From Minisyncoccota bacterium (GTDB lineage: Bacteria > Patescibacteriota > Minisyncoccia > Phycocordibacterales > UBA9973), in contig JBAZYS010000003.1 in NCBI GenBank assembly GCA_041659205.1, forward strand, positions 3,266 through 67,265: a DNA stretch of 64,000 nt, read 5' to 3'. Shown here one piece after another: positions 18,748 through 26,719 of the stretch. The position numbers and the translations under genes were made by a program. Each line of letters opens with the position of its first letter. Positions within the stretch are counted from its first letter, which is position 1. The notes beneath the pieces were generated by a model. The model saw nothing but the letters and a program-made list of their open reading frames with translations, made no database searches and was not told the origin of the DNA.

Positions 18748-20418
18748 CTAGTAAACCTCTTTTTGATAGCATTCTGTACAATACATTATCGGAGCAACAT
18801 CCTCGGTCAAATTTGTGTGAGTTTCTTTCCCACAATTAGAGCATTTACGAACAAAAAACTTAAATGATCCCCGACGGCGAATACGGTCATGATGTCTGCA
18901 GTAAAAACATTGACGTGGAATTGGCAATACCATCTTTTTATAAAAAATATATTCTTGTTCGGTAATTTTATAATTTCTTTCGCAAGAAGTACATTTTAAT
19001 ATTTCATGTATGATTGAATCATCTATATCTTTAATATGATCTGGGATATTTTCAGATAATAGTGTTTCTTTGCCTTTAGTTGTTTGAATGTCATCTTCCC
19101 ATCGGAAACCTTGTATAAGTGCTTCATTTTTAGTTAAAGGCAAATTATCTTGAGCGATTGTTTCATTATAAGCAAAAGGTGCAATATTTGGTGGCATCAT
19201 TAAACCATGAATTCCAAGCATTATTAATTCATCTATTATGTGTTTTTTTAGCTCTTCGTATTCATCTTTTGAATATTCTTTATTAAAGATAGAATAACGT
19301 CCATTCCTTAAAGCATCGCATCCTATGCAATCGTGACAATTTCTTATTTCAAATGAATATAAAATATTACTACAATTTTCAGGCCAATAAGAACCTATCA
19401 CGTTGCTACAGTATCCAGTAGCAACCACTTCAAGCAATAATTCTGATTGAGTTCCATAGCCGATAGTTCCCAGAGAATCCTTTATGTTTTTAGAGGAAAA
19501 AAGATACCTTGAATTTTCCCCTTTTGAAACTTCGAATGAATTATAAACGTTCTTGCACTCCGTCAAATAGTCTCCTATCGAATTTACCGTCTTTAGATTA
19601 TTATTTTCTCTTCTTGGAAGAGTTTTAGAAAATTCAATAAACTTCTTTTTTGCTTCTTCAGTTTTTTTATAACTCCCTTTTATCTCCTGAATTCTTTTTT
19701 GATATTCATCAGCACTTAGTTGTTCATTAAAATAACAATTGCTTTTATTTCTTAAATTTACACAACCAAAACAGTTTGTAAGCCCACTACCATTCAAGAT
19801 AAAAGATGAGTCTACGCAACTCGTAACATTTTGACTCCATAATACGCTAGCAGATTCTTGAACATTTATGCATTCATAACAGCGTTCAAAATTAACTCCA
19901 AAATATATATCTGAGGAATCCAACCCTTTTTTAACACCCCTTGAATAGAGGAGGTCTTCTGATGGACTGGTATTAAAAACTAAGTAACAATTTCTACAAC
20001 CACCAGCCATATTAGTATATTCACTATTAATATTGGGTCCATCACCAGAAGAAATGCCTAAATTTATTTTAGGAACTTTAATTAAAAATTCCCCCATTTG
20101 GTCAAAAAAAGGGCGATTTTTATCATATTCCGTAGCATAATCTTTCGGGTCCCATTTTTCAGAGTAAAAACAGTCATAACAATATTTTTTGTATGATGAT
20201 TTTGGATTATACATTGTGATAATATGTTTCTGACATAAATCACATTTTTGCCCAGAATATAATGTGGTCTCGTTTCTCCACATTGCACGCATCTTAAAAC
20301 GACAATCAGGACAAACTTTCGGCACTGGTACTTTCATTCTTTCGTAAAATGAAAAATCATCCATTTCTAAGGTGAAATCCTGTTTGCAATTCTGACAATT
20401 TCTCGTTTCATTTCGCAT
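18748..20418 (-). CDS. Cysteine-rich multi-zinc-ribbon protein, paralog B
   Basis: 556 aa; same architecture as paralog A (CQNCKQDF...FYERMKVPVP..CPDCR; internal Y.IFNKEYSKDEY; C-terminal YCTECYQKEVY). Confidence 0.7.
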   Translation of the reverse strand: MRNETRNCQNCKQDFTLEMDDFSFYERMKVPVPKVCPDCRFKMRAMWRNETTLYSGQKCDLCQKHIITMYNPKSSYKKYCYDCFYSEKWDPKDYATEYDKNRPFFDQMGEFLIKVPKINLGISSGDGPNINSEYTNMAGGCRNCYLVFNTSPSEDLLYSRGVKKGLDSSDIYFGVNFERCYECINVQESASVLWSQNVTSCVDSSFILNGSGLTNCFGCVNLRNKSNCYFNEQLSADEYQKRIQEIKGSYKKTEEAKKKFIEFSKTLPRRENNNLKTVNSIGDYLTECKNVYNSFEVSKGENSRYLFSSKNIKDSLGTIGYGTQSELLLEVVATGYCSNVIGSYWPENCSNILYSFEIRNCHDCIGCDALRNGRYSIFNKEYSKDEYEELKKHIIDELIMLGIHGLMMPPNIAPFAYNETIAQDNLPLTKNEALIQGFRWEDDIQTTKGKETLLSENIPDHIKDIDDSIIHEILKCTSCERNYKITEQEYIFYKKMVLPIPRQCFYCRHHDRIRRRGSFKFFVRKCSNCGKETHTNLTEDVAPIMYCTECYQKEVY

Positions 20419-20419
20419 G

Positions 20420-22597
20420 TTATTCTAGAATTTTTCTTAATACATCTTCGGGCACCTCCTTTGTTGTTGGTTTTTGAGGTATTGGCATTGGAGTTGGTGT
20501 AGGAGTAGGAGTAGGTGTTGAAATTGGAGTTGAAATTGGGGCTGGAGTTGGAGTTTTTTGCGAAATCAAATCTTTTAATTTATTCATCTCGTCTACACCT
20601 GCAGAACGGTCATTACGAGGAATAAAACTCCCACCAGATGGACTGGCAAGTTTATTTTCTTCTTGCTTGATTTTATCTTTTAACGTATCGAGAGAAACGG
20701 GTTCAGGTGTAGGAATCTTAACTGGAATAGGAATTGGAGGTGAAATTACTGGACTTACCTCCTGATTTTGCAAAGTTTTATTCAAAACTTCTCTTAAGGC
20801 TGAATTATCCACTTTTTTAGGAATCTCAGCTTTAGTCTTAACAACTTTTACAGTAGGAACAAAAACTTTTTTAATCGTCCCAATTATTCCTGGTTTACCC
20901 GCCAAAAAGGAGGGCTTTGATACTGAAGAAACTTGCTTAAATGCTGGTATAGGAGGTTTCGGTACGAAAGCAGGTTTCGGTGTAGGTTTTTCTACTCTTT
21001 CTGGATATCTATTATTTTCTTCAACTTTTTTACCTTTTTGCTCAAATTCTATTCCTAAATCAGCTAATGGTTTAAAAAATTTAGATTCATCATAATTTAT
21101 TTGGTCTTGTCCTTTTTTTTCTACCTTTACCTCTCCAGATTTTATTTTTGCAATACATTCCTTACAATAGACTGCTCTACCTGGTTCTGGTTTAAACGGC
21201 ACAGTCTTCTCTAGTTTACAAAGTGAACAAATAACTGGAAATTTTTCCATACTTGAAGAAGAAGCGGATTCATTAAAACCTCCAAGTGACATTCCACTCC
21301 AATCATTAATTTCTCTCTCCACTACTCCTCTTGGCTTACAATAAAGAGCTCGAGAAGAGTTTATAACTGCATCTTCGATTTTCTTGTCACCAGACTTTAC
21401 CATTGGCGGAAGTGTCTTCGCAGAAAATGGTCTAGACGTCACACCATCAATCATTAATTTCAAATAAATTTTATAGTTCGGTAAATTTACAATATCTGAA
21501 GGAGTAAATTCTGGATCAAATTCTTTTTCCAAAAAGTCTGCATCGTCAGAACCGACACGAAAGACAATCATCGTACCCACGTTTCCGAAAACAGCATCTC
21601 GTACTGCAGAACTCTTGTCCACGACAAGCTGGGCTGTGTACTGGTGGGCCACAGTAAGGTTCAATCTGTATTTTCTAGCCTCAGACAAAATACCTGCAAA
21701 AGCATCCGTCACGAAATTTTGAAATTCGTCGACATATAGGTAAAAGTCCTTACGATGATCCTCAGGAATACGCACGCGCTCCATGGCGGCAAGCTGAATC
21801 TTGGTAATAATCATTCCACCCAAGAGGCCGGAATTGTCTTCACCAATGCGCCCCTTAGAAACGTTCACCAGAAAAATCTTCCCATCGTTCATAATGTCGA
21901 AAATATTGATAGTACTTAAAGATTGACCGACGACGTTGCGGATGATAGATGTAGAGAGAAATTGCCCAACTTTATTTTGAATCGGAGCAATTGCCTCATT
22001 TCTAAATTTATCTTGCCAAGCTTCGTATTCGTGAATCCAAAAAGCCTTGATAACTGGATCTTTTAAATTCGCAATTATTTTCTGACGATAATCTTTATCA
22101 ACTAGCATCCTAGGAATACCTAATAGTGTCGTTCCCGGAGTATCAAGCAAAGCTAGAATACAATTATTTAAAATATATTCCATTCGAGCACTCCAGGCAT
22201 TCGCCCAAATTTTAGTAAAAATTCCCATCAGTCCCGAAGCTACGAGATGCTTGTATTGAGGGTCAATAAGTTCAAGAACATTAAAACCTATATGATGTTC
22301 AGTGTCAGCTGGGTTGAAATAAACTACATCCTTAATGCGCTCTGGTGGAATAGAAGACAGAACTCCCTCAACGAGCTCTCCGTGCGGGTCAACTACGCAG
22401 ACCCCTTCGCCATTCTGGATGTTCTGAATAATCATGTTGAACATAAGCACAGATTTACCTGTACCTGACTTTCCGAGAATATAAACATGCTGGCGTCTAT
22501 CCTTGCGTTTTATGCCGAAGAGCTGATTTTTATCACGAAAAGTAGTAAGACCCAGATAGGTAACATCTTTATTTATAGGTATTTCTGGAAGTTCCAT
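20420..22597 (-). CDS. Soluble FtsK/HerA-superfamily ATPase, paralog 2, with C-terminal zinc ribbon and Pro/Thr-rich disordered tail
   Basis: 725 aa; Walker A YILGKSGTGKS, DPHGE, YLYVDEFQN, ARKYRLNLTVAHQYTAQL; then CSLCKLEK...P.P..AVYCKECIAK (a zinc ribbon resembling the Cys-rich proteins' C-terminus) and TPTPAPISTPISTPTPTPTP low-complexity. Confidence 0.65.
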   Translation of the reverse strand: MELPEIPINKDVTYLGLTTFRDKNQLFGIKRKDRRQHVYILGKSGTGKSVLMFNMIIQNIQNGEGVCVVDPHGELVEGVLSSIPPERIKDVVYFNPADTEHHIGFNVLELIDPQYKHLVASGLMGIFTKIWANAWSARMEYILNNCILALLDTPGTTLLGIPRMLVDKDYRQKIIANLKDPVIKAFWIHEYEAWQDKFRNEAIAPIQNKVGQFLSTSIIRNVVGQSLSTINIFDIMNDGKIFLVNVSKGRIGEDNSGLLGGMIITKIQLAAMERVRIPEDHRKDFYLYVDEFQNFVTDAFAGILSEARKYRLNLTVAHQYTAQLVVDKSSAVRDAVFGNVGTMIVFRVGSDDADFLEKEFDPEFTPSDIVNLPNYKIYLKLMIDGVTSRPFSAKTLPPMVKSGDKKIEDAVINSSRALYCKPRGVVEREINDWSGMSLGGFNESASSSSMEKFPVICSLCKLEKTVPFKPEPGRAVYCKECIAKIKSGEVKVEKKGQDQINYDESKFFKPLADLGIEFEQKGKKVEENNRYPERVEKPTPKPAFVPKPPIPAFKQVSSVSKPSFLAGKPGIIGTIKKVFVPTVKVVKTKAEIPKKVDNSALREVLNKTLQNQEVSPVISPPIPIPVKIPTPEPVSLDTLKDKIKQEENKLASPSGGSFIPRNDRSAGVDEMNKLKDLISQKTPTPAPISTPISTPTPTPTPTPMPIPQKPTTKEVPEDVLRKILE

Positions 22598-22636
22598 ACA
22601 TGTAAATTATACCTCGAAATCAGTTTTTTCCAAACC

Positions 22637-23599
22637 TTATTTGTCTTTGTAAATATCTCTTACTTGACCTGTATGTGGATCAAAAGCTCCCCTATTTTTA
22701 CTAAAAATATCAAATGCTGGATCCTTTTTCTTTACAAAAGAATCGACTAACTTAAAATCGTTCGGATGATCTTTCAAAAAACTTTCAGGATTTGTGAAAT
22801 ACTCTGCACAAATTTCAGCCCAGTATTCATGTGCTGCTCTTAATAATCCATCCCTTGTTCCGTTCAAATGTGGTAAATAATCAGAATTTATATCATCTTT
22901 ACCAAAAGCATCAGGAGCCATGAGCCTTTTATGAACTTCTAGCAATTGAGTTTGCCTTTCTAAAATATTTAAATTTATATCACTGTCCCAATCATTAGCA
23001 TGGGCAAATTCGTGCGCAATCGTAGTATTGTCTACTGGTATTGTGCCACCACTCAATTCTGGATTGGTGTATAAATAAACATTGCCTCCCTGAAAACCAC
23101 CAAGTTTACTATGCCCTCTTGAGGTTTCTTTAATAGAAGAAATAAATTTTATTTGTTTAATTTGTCCAGAAATCCATCCTTTAGGATAAGCTCCGTATTT
23201 TTCTGTGAATAAATACTTAGGTTCAACGGAAAAATTTTTTCCCTCAAACCCTTTTAGTTCAGGATCTTTTTTTTCTTCTTTGTTTTGAAAATATGCATTC
23301 TGGTCTCCTTCATTTATTTGACTCACAGCGCCATAACCAAAAATTTTTTTAATTTCTGTCTCGTTTGTTTCTTTTTGTTTCAATTGTTCTGGATTAAAAG
23401 AGGATGTGATATGTCTATTATATTCAATATCTTTATTTACAGATTTTACTGCTTCACCTGCAACAAAAAGAGCCCCGGCCGCAAGACCAACTTTACCAAT
23501 CTTCTTAAAACAAACCAAAGATTTACCGAATATATTTTCGGCCTGTTTTTGTGGATCTTCTTCTTTTTTATCAATAGATCTAGTTCCTTCAAGGTTCAT
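22637..23599 (-). CDS. Membrane-anchored putative zinc metallopeptidase (HExxH zincin)
   Basis: 320 aa; N-terminal TM (VGLAAGALFVAGEAV); HEFAH motif (TIAHEFAHANDWD) plus downstream AAHEYWAE; no closer family recognised. Confidence 0.45.
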   Translation of the reverse strand: MNLEGTRSIDKKEEDPQKQAENIFGKSLVCFKKIGKVGLAAGALFVAGEAVKSVNKDIEYNRHITSSFNPEQLKQKETNETEIKKIFGYGAVSQINEGDQNAYFQNKEEKKDPELKGFEGKNFSVEPKYLFTEKYGAYPKGWISGQIKQIKFISSIKETSRGHSKLGGFQGGNVYLYTNPELSGGTIPVDNTTIAHEFAHANDWDSDINLNILERQTQLLEVHKRLMAPDAFGKDDINSDYLPHLNGTRDGLLRAAHEYWAEICAEYFTNPESFLKDHPNDFKLVDSFVKKKDPAFDIFSKNRGAFDPHTGQVRDIYKDK

Positions 23600-23633
23600 A
23601 ACGTAATTGATTATAACCTAATATTTACTAACT

Positions 23634-23660
23634 AAAAAGCCCCATTGTAAACAATGGGGC
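23634..23660 (-). terminator. Rho-independent terminator 5 bp after the dnaK stop
   Basis: Hairpin gccccattg-taaa-caatggggc with a T-run on the minus strand. Confidence 0.7.
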
Positions 23661-23669
23661 TTTTTGTAA

Positions 23670-25568
23670 TTAAACTTTTGGAGCTTCTTCTTCTCCTTCA
23701 GTTTTCTCTTTTACTTCCGCAGCTTGCTCTTCTGGAGCACTTGCTCCTGGAGCCTCTGCGCCGGCACCGGCCTTAGATACGGCTTCGCCAATCTTAGACA
23801 TCTCTGTTGAGAGTTCTTCGGTAGCTTTCTTTATCGCCTCACCGTCAGTACCATCTTTTACTCCACGGAGAGCAGTGATTTTTGCATTAACTTCATCTTT
23901 CAATTCTGCAGGAATTTTAGCTTCATTATCTTTCAATGTTTTCTCCGCAGTGTAGATAATCATTTCCGCTGTATTTTTTATATCAACAACTTCCTTTTTC
24001 TTTTTATCTTCTTCTGCATGAAGTTCAGCGTCAGCTTGCATTTTTTTAATTTCTTCGTCCTTAAGACCAGAACTTGCTTCAATCTTAATTGACTGACTTT
24101 TACCTGAAGCTTTATCCTTTGCAGTAACATTCAAGATCCCGTTCGCATCGACGTCGAAAGCGACTTCAATCTGTGGCATACCACGAGGTGCTGGTGGAAC
24201 TCCATCCAAGATAAATCGTCCTAGGGATTTATTGTCGGAAGCCATTGGGCGTTCACCTTGAACTATATGAATTTCAACAGAAGTCTGATTGTCCGCAGCC
24301 GTAGAAAATACTTGCGATTTTGAAGACGGAATAGTGGTATTTCTTTCAATTAATTTTGTTGCTACTCCTCCTAATGTCTCAATACCTAATGATAGAGGTA
24401 TAACATCAAGAAGAAGAACATCACGCACATCACCAGCGAGCACTCCTGCCTGCACTGCAGCACCGAGAGCCACAACTTCATCAGGATTGATGGACATATT
24501 TGGAGCCTTGCCGAAAAGAGTCTGCACCGCAGAAACTATCGCTGGCATTCTCGTCTGACCACCTACCATAATGATTTCATTGATGTCATTCATTTTAAAT
24601 GGTGAGGCGGCGAGAGCTCTCTTTGTAATTTCAATTGAGCGATCAATGTATTCCTTTGCAAGAGATTCGAGCATCGCCCGAGTCATTTTCAAAAGTAAGT
24701 GCTTTGGCCCTGATGCATCAGAAGTTATAAATGGAATATTTATTTCAGTTTCCATGGTTGTAGAAAGTTCGTGTTTCGCTTTTTCTGCTGCTTCTTTTAG
24801 TCTCTGATGAGCTAGAGGATCCTTAATAACATCAATCCCTGACTCCTTTTTGTATTCATCCGCGATCCAAGAAATAATTTTTCTATCGATGTCTCCTCCG
24901 CCCATGTGACTGTCTCCATCTGTAGACTTTACTTCTATGACATCATCACCTATCTCTAGAACAGACACGTCAAAAGTACCTCCACCGAAATCGTAGACGA
25001 CAATCTTTTCATTTTTCTTTTTATCGAAACCATAAGCGAGCGCTGCTGCAGTTGGTTCATTGATAATACGCTTCACATCGAGGCCAGCAATAGCTCCTGC
25101 ATCCTTAGTAGCTTTTCTTTGAGCATCGTTGAAATATGCGGGAACGGTAATGACAGCTTCAGTAATCTTTTCACCAAGCTTTGCCTCCACATCTGTTTTA
25201 ATTTTTTGCAAAATCATCGCAGAAATTTCTTCTGGACGATAAAATTTATCTGTCATTTTCACCTTTACTCCACCCCCATCCCCAGCTTCAATTTTAAATG
25301 AGGCTGTTTGTCTATCCTTCTGTACTTCTGGATCATCAAAACGATGCCCCATGAAGCGCTTCATTTCCGCAATCGTATTTTCTGGATTTGTGACTGCTTG
25401 CCTCTTCGCAAGTAAACCGACGATACGGTCACCATTTTTTGCAGTCGCCACCACAGAAGGGGTCGTGCGATTACCTTCGACATTTTCAATAATCTTTGGT
25501 GCGCCTCCTTCAATGAAAGCGACAGCCGAATTTGTTGTACCTAAATCTATTCCTATTATTTTGCTCAT
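23670..25568 (-). CDS. dnaK: Chaperone DnaK (Hsp70)
   Basis: 632 aa; [18 protein letters not shown], and a full NBD plus SBD. Confidence 0.95.
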   Translation of the reverse strand: MSKIIGIDLGTTNSAVAFIEGGAPKIIENVEGNRTTPSVVATAKNGDRIVGLLAKRQAVTNPENTIAEMKRFMGHRFDDPEVQKDRQTASFKIEAGDGGGVKVKMTDKFYRPEEISAMILQKIKTDVEAKLGEKITEAVITVPAYFNDAQRKATKDAGAIAGLDVKRIINEPTAAALAYGFDKKKNEKIVVYDFGGGTFDVSVLEIGDDVIEVKSTDGDSHMGGGDIDRKIISWIADEYKKESGIDVIKDPLAHQRLKEAAEKAKHELSTTMETEINIPFITSDASGPKHLLLKMTRAMLESLAKEYIDRSIEITKRALAASPFKMNDINEIIMVGGQTRMPAIVSAVQTLFGKAPNMSINPDEVVALGAAVQAGVLAGDVRDVLLLDVIPLSLGIETLGGVATKLIERNTTIPSSKSQVFSTAADNQTSVEIHIVQGERPMASDNKSLGRFILDGVPPAPRGMPQIEVAFDVDANGILNVTAKDKASGKSQSIKIEASSGLKDEEIKKMQADAELHAEEDKKKKEVVDIKNTAEMIIYTAEKTLKDNEAKIPAELKDEVNAKITALRGVKDGTDGEAIKKATEELSTEMSKIGEAVSKAGAGAEAPGASAPEEQAAEVKEKTEGEEEAPKV

Positions 25569-25655
25569 ATTTTATATGGTTATTTTATAATTTAACTTAT
25601 ATTTCGCGACCACTAATTATTTGTATAAAAGTAGTATATATGATAGTATGTAGTC

Positions 25656-26192
25656 ATGTCAAGAAAAGTAGACTATTCAAAGAAAATACTTAAGGTTTTA
25701 GGTGAAAAATCGGCTATTTCCCTACCTGAATTGATAGATAGAATAAGCCCCGAAGAGTGCTCCCAAAGCTCTAAATACGCCCTTACGCGCTCTTTAAAAG
25801 GTCTTCGAGATGCTGGCCTCATCGAACAAATACCATCCTCCCAGAACGAATATGCCAGGCTAACTAAAGAAGGTAGAAAAAAAATGAATAGCCTAAAACT
25901 AGATAATAACACCACTTTGGTAAATACTTCTTGGGATGGTTTTTGGAGGATAATTCTTCTCGACCTCCCAGAGAACAGAAAAGCAGAACGAGAGAGCTTA
26001 CGTTACCTTTTAAAAAAAGCGGGCTTCATATGTTTAAAAAATTCTGCCTGGATTTCCCCTTTCCCATACGAACACTTATTTACAAATATTAAAAAAGATC
26101 TAGGGCTAACTACAGAAATGATGATTATTGTCACTGAAAATATAGACGAGGAGAGCAAAAAAGTTTTATTTAAAACTTTCGGAACCCGGTAG
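25656..26192 (+). CDS. Winged-helix transcriptional regulator, PaaX-like family
   Basis: 178 aa; N-terminal wHTH resembling the PaaX N-terminus; divergently transcribed from dnaK. Confidence 0.5.
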   Translation: MSRKVDYSKKILKVLGEKSAISLPELIDRISPEECSQSSKYALTRSLKGLRDAGLIEQIPSSQNEYARLTKEGRKKMNSLKLDNNTTLVNTSWDGFWRIILLDLPENRKAERESLRYLLKKAGFICLKNSAWISPFPYEHLFTNIKKDLGLTTEMMIIVTENIDEESKKVLFKTFGTR

Positions 26193-26253
26193 TAGAGCTT
26201 TGCGATATGTGAAGCATGCATCTAAGGATGCCTCGCAAAGTCTCACTACCGGG
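26185..26253 (+). other. Long imperfect stem-loop (about 21 bp stem) overlapping the regulator stop codon
   Basis: cccggtagtagagctttgcga ... tcgcaaagtctcactaccggg with about 2 mismatches. Confidence 0.4.
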
Positions 26254-26272
26254 GAAAATAAAATTTACATAT

Positions 26273-26288
26273 TTACGCCATGGCGTAA
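26273..26288. promoter_or_regulatory. 16 bp perfect palindrome TTACGCCATGGCGTAA (operator-like), copy 1
   Basis: Perfect dyad; part of a ~38 bp direct repeat whose second copy is at 26696-26733. Confidence 0.5.
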
Positions 26289-26296
26289 ATATGTAT

Positions 26297-26602
26297 TTAG
26301 GTAATATTTTTCGTCATCCATTCTTTATAGGCGCGATTAATTCTTCGCACATCAACTCCAGCGATAAGTGGCGTGGAATAACTATGATGTTTAGAAACTA
26401 AATCATTCACTTCTTCGAGCTTGGATTCAAGAGTGGTCACCATGAGCATCGTCTGGGATACTTCTTTTAATCCCCCTTCCCAGTTATACATAGAATCGAT
26501 AGCCCAATAATCTACACAGACACCGAGCTTTTTGTCTATGATTAGTTTCCCTAAAAGTTGTGCTTCGATAGAATTCGCGCAAGTTGTATATATAAATACC
26601 AT
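26297..26602 (-). CDS. cutA: Divalent-cation tolerance protein CutA
   Basis: 101 aa; CutA1 fold signature (VFIYTTC...AQLL, SMYNWEG). Confidence 0.7.
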   Translation of the reverse strand: MVFIYTTCANSIEAQLLGKLIIDKKLGVCVDYWAIDSMYNWEGGLKEVSQTMLMVTTLESKLEEVNDLVSKHHSYSTPLIAGVDVRRINRAYKEWMTKNIT

Positions 26603-26696
26603 AAAATTAGAGTACGATATTTGATAAACAGAATAGCCCGACCTTTATAGTATTATACTCCTTTTATAATAAACTAGGATATTCTTATATTCCAAT

Positions 26697-26712
26697 ATAC
26701 GCCATGGCGTAT
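26697..26712. promoter_or_regulatory. 16 bp perfect palindrome ATACGCCATGGCGTAT, copy 2, about 90 bp upstream of the cutA start
   Basis: Perfect dyad sharing its 14 bp core TACGCCATGGCGTA with copy 1. Confidence 0.5.
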
Positions 26713-26719
26713 ATGTGTA

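Noticed and set aside
26003-26221. 72 aa minus-strand ORF overlapping the 3' end of the PaaX-like regulator
   Set aside because: It is antisense to a gene with a clear wHTH fold and largely covers the large stem-loop.
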